A DNA stretch of 64,000 nt from an uncultured Actinomycetes bacterium (GCA_963727235.1 CAVSFZ010000023.1:248-64247), one strand, 5' to 3'; counted from the stretch's first letter, positions 1 to 9,881 are shown. Notes: generated by a model from the sequence alone, not told the origin. Translations and numbers: made by a program.

Positions 1-1565
1 TGCGAGTCGCCCTCGAAGGCGAGCATGTGGGTCGCGACGCGATCCAGGAACCAGCGATCGTGGGTGATCACCACCGCGCAGCCGGCGAACGAGACGAGCG
101 CGTCCTCGAGCGCCCGCAGCGTGTCCACGTCCAGATCGTTGGTGGGCTCGTCCAGCAGCAGCAGATTGCCGCCGCTGCGCAGAAGCTTCGCCAGGTGCAG
201 ACGGTTGCGCTCTCCACCGGAGAGGTCACCGACCCGCTTTTGCTGATCGCCGCCTCGGAAATTGAACGAGGCAACGTACGCGCGCGACTGCATCTCCCGC
301 TTGCCCAGCGTGATCAGGTCGCGCCCACCGGAGATCTCCTTCCACACCGTGTTGGCGGGGTCGAGATCGGCCCGGGCCTGATCGACGTAGGCGATCTGGA
401 CGGTGTCGCCGATCTTGAGCGTGCCGGAGTCGGGCTGCTCCTGGCCGGCGATCATGCGGAACAGCGTGGTCTTGCCCGCGCCGTTGGCCCCGATCACGCC
501 CACAATGCCGCCCGGCGGGAGTGAGAAGCTGAGATCCTCGATCAGCAGCCGATCGCCGAAGCCCTTGCACAGGTCGTGAGCCTCGACCACCACGTCGCCC
601 AGGCGCTCCCCGGCGGGGATGTGGATCTCGACGGTGTCGAGCTTGACCGCCGCCTCATCGGCGAGCATCTGCTCGTAGGCCGCCACCCGCGCCTTGGATT
701 TGGCCTGGCGCGCACGCGGCGACATCCGCACCCATTCGAGCTCCCGGGCGAGCGTGCGCCTGCGGGCCGACTCCTGCTTCTCCTCGACCGCCAGCCGTGC
801 CTGCTTCTGCTCCAGCCACGAGGTGTAGTTGCCCTGGAAGGGGATGCCGTGGCCGCGGTCGAGCTCCAAGATCCAGCCGGCCACGTTGTCGAGAAAGTAG
901 CGATCGTGGGTGACGGCCAGCACCGTGCCGGGAAACTCCTCCAAGAACCGCTCCAGCCAGGCCACCGAGTCGGCGTCGAGATGGTTGGTCGGCTCGTCCA
1001 GCAGCAGCAGGTCGGGCGAGGACAGCAGCAGCCGCGCCAGCGCCACCCGGCGCCGCTCACCACCCGAGAGGTTGGTCACCTCGGCCTCGCCCGGCGGCGT
1101 CCGCAGCGCGTCCATGGCGGTGTCGATCATGCGGTCGAGATTCCAGGCGTCGGTGCGCTCGATCCGGTCCTGCACGTCGCCCTGCTCCTCCAGCAGCGCC
1201 GTCATCTCGTCGTCGGACATCGGCTCGGAGAACTGCAGCGCGATCTCGTTGAAGCGATCCAGCAGCGCACGCTTCTCGGCCACGCCGTCCTCGACGTTTC
1301 CGCGGACGTCCTTGGCGGGGTCGAGCTGCGGCTCCTGCGGCAGATACCCCACCGTCGCCCCGGGCGCGATCTGGGCGGTGCCGTTGGACGGCTCGTCCAG
1401 CCCGGCCATGATCTTCAAGAGCGTCGACTTGCCGGCACCGTTGGGGCCGAGCACGCCGATCTTCGCCCCCGGCAGAAACGACAGGGAGATATCGCGCAGC
1501 ACCTGGCGCTCCGGACCGAAGAACTTGTTGCACCGATGCATCGAGTAGACGTACTGAGCACTCAT
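1..1565 (-). CDS. ettA: ABC-F family ATPase, EttA-like translational throttle; the C-terminal end lies beyond the left window edge
   Basis: Minus-strand translation from ATG 1565-1563 reads [55 protein letters not shown] (Walker A). Near position 1 it reads [15 protein letters not shown]...[12 protein letters not shown] (second-cassette signature and Walker B). The frame stays open to base 1, so it is absent from the closed-ORF track. Confidence 0.9.
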   Translation of the reverse strand, partial: MSAQYVYSMHRCNKFFGPERQVLRDISLSFLPGAKIGVLGPNGAGKSTLLKIMAGLDEPSNGTAQIAPGATVGYLPQEPQLDPAKDVRGNVEDGVAEKRALLDRFNEIALQFSEPMSDDEMTALLEEQGDVQDRIERTDAWNLDRMIDTAMDALRTPPGEAEVTNLSGGERRRVALARLLLSSPDLLLLDEPTNHLDADSVAWLERFLEEFPGTVLAVTHDRYFLDNVAGWILELDRGHGIPFQGNYTSWLEQKQARLAVEEKQESARRRTLARELEWVRMSPRARQAKSKARVAAYEQMLADEAAVKLDTVEIHIPAGERLGDVVVEAHDLCKGFGDRLLIEDLSFSLPPGGIVGVIGANGAGKTTLFRMIAGQEQPDSGTLKIGDTVQIAYVDQARADLDPANTVWKEISGGRDLITLGKREMQSRAYVASFNFRGGDQQKRVGDLSGGERNRLHLAKLLRSGGNLLLLDEPTNDLDVDTLRALEDALVSFAGCAVVITHDRWFLDRVATHMLAFEGDS

Positions 1566-1593
1566 CGGTGCGGGATCCTAGCGGTGGATGTGC

Positions 1594-2004
1594 TCAGGAG
1601 CGCGCGTCGCGCTTGCGGCTACCCCACATGATCCCCAGGGCACAGGCCGCTGCGAAGCCCACCGCACCGGAGAGAATCGCCACGATCATGCCGCCGCCGA
1701 GGTTGTGAACACCGATCAGGCCGGGGCCTGCGATCAGGAACACGGGGATCAGCACCATCATGCGGTCGCGCATCAGCCCACGCGGACCCGACGCCCACCA
1801 CCACACACAGAACACCGAGACGACCACCGCAATCGCCACCTCGACGCGGCCTGCTGTGATCTCCGACATTGTCCCGAAGGCCACCGCGGCCACCAGGCTG
1901 TACGTCCAGATCGCGATCAGGCTGCCTGCGCACACCACGTACAGGTCGCGGCGCACCAGCTTGCGCAGGCTTTCGGGTTCCATCGCCATGACTTCCATTG
2001 TCAC
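1594..2004 (-). CDS. small integral membrane protein, unknown function (about 4 hydrophobic segments)
   Basis: ORF 1594..2058 on the minus strand. Hydrophobic stretches include LYVVCAGSLIAIWTYSLVAAVAFG, VEVAIAVVVSVFCVWWW, MMVLIPVFLIAGPGLIGV and GGMIVAILSGAVGFAAACALGIMWG. The start is uncertain: GTG 2004 follows GAGGAG, or ATG 1998. Confidence 0.5.
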   Translation of the reverse strand: MTMEVMAMEPESLRKLVRRDLYVVCAGSLIAIWTYSLVAAVAFGTMSEITAGRVEVAIAVVVSVFCVWWWASGPRGLMRDRMMVLIPVFLIAGPGLIGVHNLGGGMIVAILSGAVGFAAACALGIMWGSRKRDARS

Positions 2005-2070
2005 ACAGTCTCCTCGCATGGAAAGGGGTGGGCTGCCGACGACGGCAACCCACCCCATCCCCAGTTCAGA

Positions 2071-3676
2071 TCACGGTCCGCCGTGGATCGGAGGTTGAGT
2101 GACCTCCGCCAAGGCCTCGGCGGTACTGCCCGCACGATGCTCGGGCAGAACCTCCATCTTGTCCTTCTGGTAGCCGTAGTACAGGATCAGGCCGGAGCCC
2201 ATAGCGAGAATCACGCCGAGGATTACTCCGTACTGCTGGTACCACTTGGTGCCGTAGAAGTAATCACGCGGCCACGCCAAGTTGATCGCCATTGAGAGGC
2301 CGTACGCGATCGCGATGACGTTTGTCACCATCGCCCACGGGCCCAAGCTGAAAAGACCCTGCTTGCCTGTCGGCAGGTTGCCCGGCCAGCCCTCGCGACG
2401 CCGCTGGAACAGCGGAATCGTCACACCAAGGTAGGCGATGTACATGAAGATGATCCCCAGGCCGAGCACGATCGTGACGGCGTAGGGGTTTGCGATGTTG
2501 AGCGCCAGGACGGCGATAGCGATGGCACCGACGAGCACCGCCGGGAACACCGGCACTCGGCGCTTGCCGGAAACAGACGCCAGCTTGGATCCGCCGGGAA
2601 GGTTGTTATCCCGGCCCATCGCAAACAGAATCCGCACCGACATGGCGTGGATCGCGAGACAGCACACGAAGATCGCCAGCGCGCAATCCCACAGGAACAC
2701 ATCGCCCCAGAAGTCGCCGAGCACGTCCTTGGTGATCACCGCCAGATCCGAGGCTGGTCGGATCCTTGTAGAGCACATCGCCGACCGCCATGGTGCCGAA
2801 CAGGATCAGCAGGAAGCCCATCGTTCCGGCCGTCGCCAGCGCCTGGAGAATCGCCTTGGGTGCCTTGCGCCGCGGATCATCGGTCTCCTCGGCCAATGAC
2901 CCGGCAGAGTCGAAGCCGTACATCACGTACAACGGCATGATCGCACCCACCAACAGCGCGCCAAGGTAGCCCCAAGCATGGTCGACGGGGACATTGGCGG
3001 TATTCGCAGTGTTGGTGAGAACTTCGGTCGGCGAGCGGGTGGTGTGGATCAGGAACAGAATCACCAGTCCCGCCGCGCCGACCAACTCTGAGGCGACACC
3101 GATGTTGTTGATCTTGGAAAGGACGCTCACGCCCATCACATTGATGATGGTCGTGCAGACGATCATGATGATGCCGAGGATGATCGCGTTCTTGGCAAAC
3201 GCGGGGTTATTGAACAACGGGAAGCTCGGATCCGGACAGGTGTCGCTCGGCGTGCACTTGACCATCTGGAACCGCGGTGAGATCTGCGGCAGAATCACCT
3301 GCCACGCCAGCGCCACCGCGGGCACGGTCACGATCTGGGCGCACATATAGATCCAGCCCGTGTTCCACGCCCACGACTTGCCGGCAACCTGCTTTGACCA
3401 CTGATACACCGAACCGGCCAGGGGATAGTGCGCGGCCAGCTCGGAGAACTGCAACGCCACCATGAACTGGCCGAAGATCACGAAGATCCACGCCCAGATG
3501 AATGCGGGACCGGCGAAGTAAAAGCCTAGATATGAGGTCTGGAACATCCCGGTCAAGATCGAGATGTAGCTGAAGCCTGCGGCGAACGAGGAGAAACCCC
3601 CAAGCGTTCTGTGCAGCTCCTGTTTGTAGCCGAACTCGGCGAGATCGCTCGAGTCGGACCGCACCTGCTCCTCCAT
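2071..3676 (-). pseudogene. APC-superfamily amino acid permease split into two overlapping frames (frameshift near 2740-2780)
   Basis: ORF 2606..3676 encodes the N-terminal two thirds (MEEQVRSDSSDLAEFGYKQELHRTLGGFSSFAAGFSYISILTG...FGTMAVGDVLYKDP) and then turns into low-complexity sequence. ORF 2071..2778, in another frame, continues with permease-like sequence (ASDLAVITKDVLGDFWGDVFLWDCALAIFVCCLAIHAMSVRILFAMGRDNNLPGG...). Confidence 0.7.
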
Positions 3677-3722
3677 GGACGCTCCTTCTGACCAGAGGGG
3701 GATAATGGCCTATACCGGTGCG

Positions 3723-3751
3723 ATGATCCCGGAACCCGGAGCAAATGTCAA
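3723..3751 (-). promoter_or_regulatory. candidate sigma70-type promoter of the permease gene (-35 TTGACA, 17 nt spacer, -10 GATCAT)
   Basis: On the minus strand TTGACA lies at 3751-3746 and GATCAT at 3728-3723. An AGAAGGAG Shine-Dalgarno sits just before ATG 3676. Confidence 0.35.
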
Positions 3752-3777
3752 CGATTTGTTTGCAACCCACCAACGCA

Positions 3778-3810
3778 CGAGGGCGGCCGTGGAATCCACG
3801 ACCGCCCTCG
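3778..3810 (-). terminator. GC-rich hairpin downstream of the secreted-protein gene
   Basis: CGAGGGCGG-C-CGTGG-AAT-CCACG-A-CCGCCCTCG forms 14 bp of pairing with one internal mismatch. It lies 32 nt after the stop at 3842. There is no clear U-tract. Confidence 0.45.
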
Positions 3811-3841
3811 AGACTCCCCGCTCCACCCCCCGCGAGGTCTG

Positions 3842-5722
3842 TCAGGACGCTGAAACGAACAGTGCGCGTCCACTCCAGTCTCCGGCGCCGGTGACCAAAC
3901 TCGGCGATCCGGAGGTCACGCCGTTGGCAAAGGCGATGCTGGAAAGCCCTGCCGCTGTCGTGTAGTAGAGCTTCCCGCCGGCGATGGTCATGCTCGTGAC
4001 CGCGCTCGGCAGCGTGCCGGCGGTAAAGGTCTGACCACCGATCACGTTGTTCTCGGGCTCGAAGTAGCGGTAGTACAGGGTGCTGCTACCGCCGACCGTG
4101 TAGTACAGCCGGCCAGACGAGGGCACATACGCCATCCCGGTCAGTGACGCGATCGGGAAGTTGGTGTTGGTGAGGCCGTTGAGCGCCACCGAGGATGCGG
4201 CTCCGAAGGTGGTGCCGTCGAACGACCGTGCGTACAGATGCCCGTCGTCCTGTCCGTTGTACAGCGTGCCGTTGATCATGAATGCGCCCCGGACGTGCGA
4301 CCAGTCAACGGCGGTGGACGAGCTCGGCGAGCCCACCGTGGTGCCGTCGAACGTGCGGGTGATCAGGCCGGTCGTCCCCAGGCTGTCGAGATGGCCGGGG
4401 AGCACGCCCGAGCTCCAGGTCGGGATCGTCTCGCCGCCGGCGGCCGGCATGAATGCGATCCGGTTGCGATAGACGCCGCCGATGTAGGCGGTGTCGGAGC
4501 CGACCCATAGCCCGGTGGCCGTGGACAGAAGCGCCCACACGCCGGATCCGCGGGGATTGCGGCCGGGGTTCCACGAGAACGGCATGCCGTTGACCGGGTC
4601 GAGCGCGGCGATTCCCATCCGGCCCACCCCACCGGCGCCGAGGGCGTCACTGGCGTTGGGGTTGTTCATCCAGCGCTGGTGCCCGCCCGCGTAGATCGCG
4701 GTTCCGGTGACGGCGATGTAGGTGATGCTGTCGCCTCCGGTGTAGTCCGCCCAGATGGGCTTCTGGCCGGGGCCGGTGGCGTTGGCATCCCACTTGGTCA
4801 CCGAGTCGCACAGAACGCCGGCTGCCGGGCCGCCGGTGTACGCACCGGTGTTGCCGAGCACGAAGTAGCTGCCGTCCGGTGAGAACTCGACGTCACGGAT
4901 GTAGGTGTCGAACTTGGGGTTGCAGTTCGGCTTGAGCGCGTCGGACTGCCACGAGGACACCGACACCGGCGTGGTGGTCAGGTCGAGCATCGCGATCTGC
5001 GCTCGATCCAGGCCTCCGGCGGTCAGGAACGTGCCGGTGGCAACCAGCTTGGTGCCGTCGGGGGAGATGTCGAAGTGCGCCACCCGCAACGTGCCGGCGC
5101 GCTTGTTCGTGAACGGGATGTTGACGTTGGGGTCGGCCGCTCCGGTGTTGACGTCGACTGCGCCGAAGCGCTCGCGGGGCTGTCCACCCAGCGAGGTGAA
5201 CGCGCCGCCCACGTACAGGTCGCTGCCGAGCACCTGGATGTCCTCCACCCAGCTGCCGCTGACGGCGGGCTTGAAGGTGTTGTCGATCGAGCCGTCGGAC
5301 AGGTTGATCTTGACCAGCCGCTTCTGGGTGACGCCATTGACGGTCTGGAACTTGCCGCCGACGAAGACTGCGGCGCCACCCGGCGCGGCGGTCACGGTCG
5401 TGACCTCACCGCCGGCGAACACGGGCGCAAATTTGGTATCGACCACACCTGTGGCCGGGTCAAACGACAGCAACTCGCTGCGGGTGAGCGTGGTGCCGTT
5501 GGAAGACTTGACGGATGTGAACGTGCCGCCCACCACGATCCGGTTGCCGACCGTTGCGATGCCGTTGACCACCCCGTCGAGAATGTTGGGTGTCTTGGAA
5601 GCGGGCGTCGCGGAGACGACAACTGACTGCGCTGCGTTGACCTGTGCACCGGCGGCCGAAACCGCGGCCAGAGCAGCGAGGGGGGCGAACACGAGCGCAG
5701 CGAAGCGGACGCGTCGGAACAC
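3842..5722 (-). CDS. secreted repeat protein (beta-propeller-like repeats), paralog 1
   Basis: 626 aa. AAGGAG lies 7 nt before GTG 5722. Signal-peptide-like N-terminus MFRRVRFAALVFAPLAALAAVSAAGAQV. Recurring blocks of the form xDGSIDNTF / TGVVDTKF / VGGxF. Collinear similarity to the adjacent ORF 5876..7798. Confidence 0.8.
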   Translation of the reverse strand: MFRRVRFAALVFAPLAALAAVSAAGAQVNAAQSVVVSATPASKTPNILDGVVNGIATVGNRIVVGGTFTSVKSSNGTTLTRSELLSFDPATGVVDTKFAPVFAGGEVTTVTAAPGGAAVFVGGKFQTVNGVTQKRLVKINLSDGSIDNTFKPAVSGSWVEDIQVLGSDLYVGGAFTSLGGQPRERFGAVDVNTGAADPNVNIPFTNKRAGTLRVAHFDISPDGTKLVATGTFLTAGGLDRAQIAMLDLTTTPVSVSSWQSDALKPNCNPKFDTYIRDVEFSPDGSYFVLGNTGAYTGGPAAGVLCDSVTKWDANATGPGQKPIWADYTGGDSITYIAVTGTAIYAGGHQRWMNNPNASDALGAGGVGRMGIAALDPVNGMPFSWNPGRNPRGSGVWALLSTATGLWVGSDTAYIGGVYRNRIAFMPAAGGETIPTWSSGVLPGHLDSLGTTGLITRTFDGTTVGSPSSSTAVDWSHVRGAFMINGTLYNGQDDGHLYARSFDGTTFGAASSVALNGLTNTNFPIASLTGMAYVPSSGRLYYTVGGSSTLYYRYFEPENNVIGGQTFTAGTLPSAVTSMTIAGGKLYYTTAAGLSSIAFANGVTSGSPSLVTGAGDWSGRALFVSAS

Positions 5723-5834
5723 GGGAGATCTCCTTGTGCGATTGGAACCAGAGCCTGTGGCTCGAGCATACGAGCGCTTCTGGTGCCCCGCTAGGGTGAT
5801 CTTTGGAGTTGGATTGACGCCGCCGTCGAGGTCG

Positions 5835-5863
5835 GCCGCGGGCGGGTGATCCCCACCCGCGGC
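5835..5863 (-). terminator. hairpin between the two paralogs (12 bp stem with one mismatch, 5 nt loop)
   Basis: GCCGCGGGCGGG-TGATC-CCCACCCGCGGC, 12 nt downstream of the stop at 5876. No U-tract. Confidence 0.3.
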
Positions 5864-5875
5864 TCAGCCGCTGCG

Positions 5876-7798
5876 TCAGGCCGGCGGCACGAACAGGCCC
5901 CGCGCTCCGCTCCAGCTGCGCCGATCGACCGACGGGCCCGAGACGCGCTGCGGCCTTCCGGTGATCGTGCGCCCGTCGAAGGCGACCCGGTACAGGTCGG
6001 CGCCCTGAGTGAAGTACACAAACGATCCGATCCGCGTGATCGTGGTCGGCTGGATGTACGACCCGCCGATCTGGAACATGGCCACATGCTGTACGGCGGC
6101 GCCGAGCAGACCACTCTGGGGCTCGAACGGCCGTGAGTACAGGGCCGAGTCCCCGACCTTGATGTAGAAGAGCCGCCCCGAGGCCGGGTCGTAGAAGGCA
6201 CCGGCGATGCGGAGGCCGGCACCGGTGCCGACGAATCCCGAGAGGCCGTACAGCGGCAGGTCCCGAGCGGCCCCCACGGCGCCTCCGTTGAACGAGCGGG
6301 CGATCAGATGGTCTGCCACGGTGAACGTGTACAGCGTCGGCCCGACCATGAACGCTCCCTGCGATCGTGACCAGTTGACGCCCGACGGAACCGTGCTGGG
6401 GCTGGTGGACATCGAGGCTCCGCTGAAGCCGGTTCGCACCAGCCCGCGGCTCCCGAGTGTGTAGAGGGCGCCGAGCGTGGTGCCCACTGAACCTTGAGCG
6501 ACCGTCGTCCCGCCCGCCGTGGGGAACATGGCCAGACGAGGCCGGTACATGCCGTTCGTGTAGCCGGTGTCAGAGCCCATCCACAGCCCCTCCGGGGTAA
6601 CCAGAAAGGCGTACACGCCGGTGCCGCGTGGCTTTCGCCCCGGATTCCACGAGAACGGCATGCCGTTGATCGGATCGAGCGCGGCGATGCCCGAGCGCGG
6701 CACCGCACCGGGGGCCGGCTGGGCGCCGCGGCCCCGCGGATCGGCGACCGTGTTCTCCATCCAGCGCTGGTGTCCACCGGCGTACACTGCGGTGCCGGTG
6801 ACCGCGATCTGGGTGATGCTGTCGCCGCCCGTCGGATCGTCCCAGGTCTCGAGCTGATGGGCGCCCACCGCGCGCGCATCCCACCGGCTGATCGAATCGC
6901 ACAAGCCGATGCCTCCGCCGGTGGCGCCGACCACGAGATAGCTGCTGTCGGGCGAGAACGCGACGTCGCGAATGATCCCACCGACCTTCAGCTTGCAGGC
7001 GGTCTTGAACTGATCGGTCTCCCAGTTTGCGACCGACACCGAACCGCCCTGGAGATTGAGCATTGCGATCTGCGCGCGGTCGAGACCGTTGACGGTGGTA
7101 AACGATCCGACCGCGATCAGCCGGCTGCCGTCGGGCGCGACGTCGAAGTGGGTCACCTCCAGCGCGCCCACGGTGGGGGCGCCAAAGCTCACGTTCACAT
7201 TGGGGTCCACGGCGCCCGAACCGGCGTCCACCGCGGCAAATCCCGTGCGGGGCTGCCCACCGACGGTGGCGAATGCCCCGCTGACAAACAGCCTGCCGGC
7301 GATCACGGCGGAGTCGTCAACGATGCCCGCACCCATCGCGGGATGGAACGACGGGTCGACCGAGCCGTCGGCCAGACGCAGCCGGACGATGCCGCGCCGG
7401 TTGTCGCCGTTGACCTTGGTGAAGCGGCCGCCCACGAACACGCCCCTGCCCCCCGGGTCGGCGCTGAGCGTGAACACGCCGCCGCCGGCAAACGTGGGCG
7501 CAAACTGTGCGTCGATCGCCCCGGTGGCGGCATCAAACGCGAACAGGTCGCCGCGGTCGAGCACCGCCCCTCCCGGGGTCCGCACCTTGGTGAACGACCC
7601 GCCCACCACGATCGTGTTGCCGACCCGCACCAGCGCCTGGACGCGGCCGTCGAGCACCTGAGGGCTCCAGTTGACCGGGTTCTGTGCGACCACCACCGCC
7701 TGCGGCCCGGTGGCAGCGGCCGCGGTGGAGGCGCACCCCAGCGCCGCGGCGGCCGCCATCACCGTTGCCCCGAAAATCATCTTGATATATTGCAACAA
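5876..7798 (-). CDS. secreted repeat protein (beta-propeller-like repeats), paralog 2
   Basis: 640 aa. The N-terminus (M)LQYIKMIFGATVMAAAAALGCASTAAAA looks like a signal peptide. Long identical blocks shared with paralog 1: LDRAQIAML, GGDSIT.IAVTGTA.YAGGHQRWM, GIAALDP.NGMPFSWNPGR.PRG.GV. The start is TTG 7798 or 7795, after GGGAG. Confidence 0.8.
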   Translation of the reverse strand: MLQYIKMIFGATVMAAAAALGCASTAAAATGPQAVVVAQNPVNWSPQVLDGRVQALVRVGNTIVVGGSFTKVRTPGGAVLDRGDLFAFDAATGAIDAQFAPTFAGGGVFTLSADPGGRGVFVGGRFTKVNGDNRRGIVRLRLADGSVDPSFHPAMGAGIVDDSAVIAGRLFVSGAFATVGGQPRTGFAAVDAGSGAVDPNVNVSFGAPTVGALEVTHFDVAPDGSRLIAVGSFTTVNGLDRAQIAMLNLQGGSVSVANWETDQFKTACKLKVGGIIRDVAFSPDSSYLVVGATGGGIGLCDSISRWDARAVGAHQLETWDDPTGGDSITQIAVTGTAVYAGGHQRWMENTVADPRGRGAQPAPGAVPRSGIAALDPINGMPFSWNPGRKPRGTGVYAFLVTPEGLWMGSDTGYTNGMYRPRLAMFPTAGGTTVAQGSVGTTLGALYTLGSRGLVRTGFSGASMSTSPSTVPSGVNWSRSQGAFMVGPTLYTFTVADHLIARSFNGGAVGAARDLPLYGLSGFVGTGAGLRIAGAFYDPASGRLFYIKVGDSALYSRPFEPQSGLLGAAVQHVAMFQIGGSYIQPTTITRIGSFVYFTQGADLYRVAFDGRTITGRPQRVSGPSVDRRSWSGARGLFVPPA

Positions 7799-7892
7799 TC
7801 ACTCCCTTAAATACAACAAATATGATACGATGCAGTTCAACTCTACCCCCGTACCACTTAGAGTCAATAACCGCGAGCACTCCGGGCCGCGA

Positions 7893-7898
7893 TATCCT
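7893..7898 (+). promoter_or_regulatory. candidate -10 box (TATCCT) for a leaderless TetR transcript
   Basis: TATCCT matches TANNNT and is followed by exactly 6 nt and then ATG 7905. It sits in a visibly AT-rich divergent intergenic region. Confidence 0.35.
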
Positions 7899-7904
7899 GT
7901 GGCT

Positions 7905-8519
7905 ATGGGGACCGCCGCCAACACTCAGCGCGGCATCGGGCGGCGCGAGACGTTGTTGGACGCTGCCTGCGCGGTGATCGCCCGATCGGGTACGCGCACC
8001 CTCCGAGTCGAGGATGTCGCGCGCGAGGCCGGCGTCTCGATCGGACTCGTCTACTACTACTTCGAGGGCCGCGAGGAGCTGATCTCGCTGGCATTCGAGT
8101 ACGTGAACGAGCGCACCGAAGCCGCGTTCGCACGGCGCGGACAGCCCACCGGCACCGGCCTCGAACGAGCGGTGTCCAGGCTGCTGCGCGAGATCGCCGA
8201 CGAGCCTGAATCGCGCGAGGCCTGGATGATCTGGATCGAGATGACGTCCGACTCGTTCACGCAGCCACGCCTGCAGACACTGCTGAGCGACGCCTATGAG
8301 AGCTGGACGACCGAGATCGCCGACCTGCTCGCCGAGGGTCAGGCCGACGGATCCGTCCCCGGCGACGTCGATCCCGTGGCCTCTTCCGTCCGGCTCACGG
8401 CGACGATGGAGGGCCTCGGCACCCGGTGGATGACCGGCTCGATCCCCCACGCCGAAGCGCGGTTGCTGGCGCTGGGCGGGATCGAGCGCGAGTTGGGCGT
8501 CAAGCTTCCCTCCGCCTGA
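7905..8519 (+). CDS. TetR family transcriptional regulator
   Basis: MGTAANTQRGIGRRETLLDAACAVIARSGTRTLRVEDVAREAGVSIGLVYYYFEGREELI is a typical TetR N-terminal helix-turn-helix. In frame within ORF 7671..8519. Confidence 0.85.
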   Translation: MGTAANTQRGIGRRETLLDAACAVIARSGTRTLRVEDVAREAGVSIGLVYYYFEGREELISLAFEYVNERTEAAFARRGQPTGTGLERAVSRLLREIADEPESREAWMIWIEMTSDSFTQPRLQTLLSDAYESWTTEIADLLAEGQADGSVPGDVDPVASSVRLTATMEGLGTRWMTGSIPHAEARLLALGGIERELGVKLPSA

Positions 8520-8663
8520 GCCTCACCCGCTGGAGGCACGCACAACAGGGGGCTTGCACTTCCCCCCGCCCGGGGATGCCGTCCGGTCAGCGACCCGGCA
8601 CAGTGAGTCTGGGTGTGCCGAGCCTTGCTCGGACTTGGGGCTGATCGACTTTGGAGGGGAACG

Positions 8664-9875
8664 ATGGATCCTCGCTGCACGCGGTCGTCAAACGAGAGCG
8701 GGCAGACGCTGCCGCTGGTGGTTGCGTTCGTGCTGGTTCTGATGATCATGTGCGGCGCCGTGATCGACATCGGAAACGCCTATCGCGTGCACCAGCAGCT
8801 GCAGGCGTCGGCAGACGCGGCGGCTGCGGCCGGCGCGAGCAACCTCCCATCAGCGGCCGCGGCAATCACCGCGGCCACCAAGTTCAGCGCGGGGTCGGGC
8901 GGCAAGAACCCGATCGCCGGCGCAGGGCCGGTCGCAGTCTCTGCGACCGCCGACTGCTCGACCAGCCCGGACTTCTGCAGCCCGGCAAACACCGTGCACG
9001 TGACGCAGGACGCCGACGTACCGACCACGTTTCTGCGAGTGATCGGGATCGACACGATTCCCGAGACCGTGCACGCCCAGGCCTGCTCCCCGTGCGGCGG
9101 GCTGCCGCTGGACGTGATGATCGTGCTCGACCGGTCGGGATCGATGTCGGGGACAAAGCTGACCTCGGCCAAGGACGGCATCCTGGCGTTCCTGGGTTCG
9201 ATGGACCCGTCCCAGGACAACGTCGGTCTGGCGGTGCTGCCGCCGGCTGCCAACGCCGGCAGCCCTTGCGCGGCCTCCGCATCGGGGAACTACAACCTCG
9301 TCGGCAGCTCGTATCTGCTGGTGCCGTTGAACAACACCTATGCCTTCTCGGCCGGGAATCTCAATCCCAGCTCGCAGCTTCTCTCCACTCTCAGCTGTGT
9401 GCAGGCGGGTGGCCAGACCGCCTACGCGAACGCCCTCGACGCCGCTCAGGCCGAACTCGACGCGCACGCACGGGCGGGCACCCAGCGGGTGATCATCATC
9501 CTCTCGGACGGCGCCGCCAACTCCGGGCCGAATTATCTCCCCAACACGTCGCCGTACCGGACGCGTCCATGCGGCCAGGCCGTGAACGTGGCGACCGCGA
9601 GCAAAGCTCAGGGCGTGCTGATGTACTCGATCGCCTACGACATCTCCGGCGCGGGCGCGGACCCATGCTATGCAGCCCAGGGGGCGATCGTGAACGGCCG
9701 GCCGGCGGGCTCGAGCACCACCCCCGAGGTACCGGCGATCCAGTCGAACGAGGCGCTGCAGCAGATCGCAAGCCCCGGGAACTACTACGCCCAGCCACAG
9801 CCGACGCAGCTGACGACGATCTTCCTCGCCATCAGCGCCGACATTGCCATGGGCACCAGCCGCATCAACGGCTGA
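8664..9875 (+). CDS. TadE/TadG-like N-terminal membrane segment fused to a von Willebrand factor A domain
   Basis: GGAGGGGA lies before ATG 8664. N-terminus MDPRCTRSSNESGQTLPLVVAFVLVLMIMCGAVIDIGNAY is TadE/G-like. LDVMIVLDRSGSMSG carries the vWA MIDAS motif DxSxS. Later VIIILSDGAAN. Confidence 0.75.
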   Translation: MDPRCTRSSNESGQTLPLVVAFVLVLMIMCGAVIDIGNAYRVHQQLQASADAAAAAGASNLPSAAAAITAATKFSAGSGGKNPIAGAGPVAVSATADCSTSPDFCSPANTVHVTQDADVPTTFLRVIGIDTIPETVHAQACSPCGGLPLDVMIVLDRSGSMSGTKLTSAKDGILAFLGSMDPSQDNVGLAVLPPAANAGSPCAASASGNYNLVGSSYLLVPLNNTYAFSAGNLNPSSQLLSTLSCVQAGGQTAYANALDAAQAELDAHARAGTQRVIIILSDGAANSGPNYLPNTSPYRTRPCGQAVNVATASKAQGVLMYSIAYDISGAGADPCYAAQGAIVNGRPAGSSTTPEVPAIQSNEALQQIASPGNYYAQPQPTQLTTIFLAISADIAMGTSRING

Positions 9876-9881
9876 GAAGTA

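Noticed and set aside
576-1631. Long plus-strand ORF (351 aa) and other ORFs overlapping the EttA-like gene
   Set aside because: It is antisense or out of frame to a clearly recognisable ABC-F coding sequence. The translation is Arg/Gly/Pro/His-rich low-complexity sequence typical of shadow ORFs in high-GC DNA.
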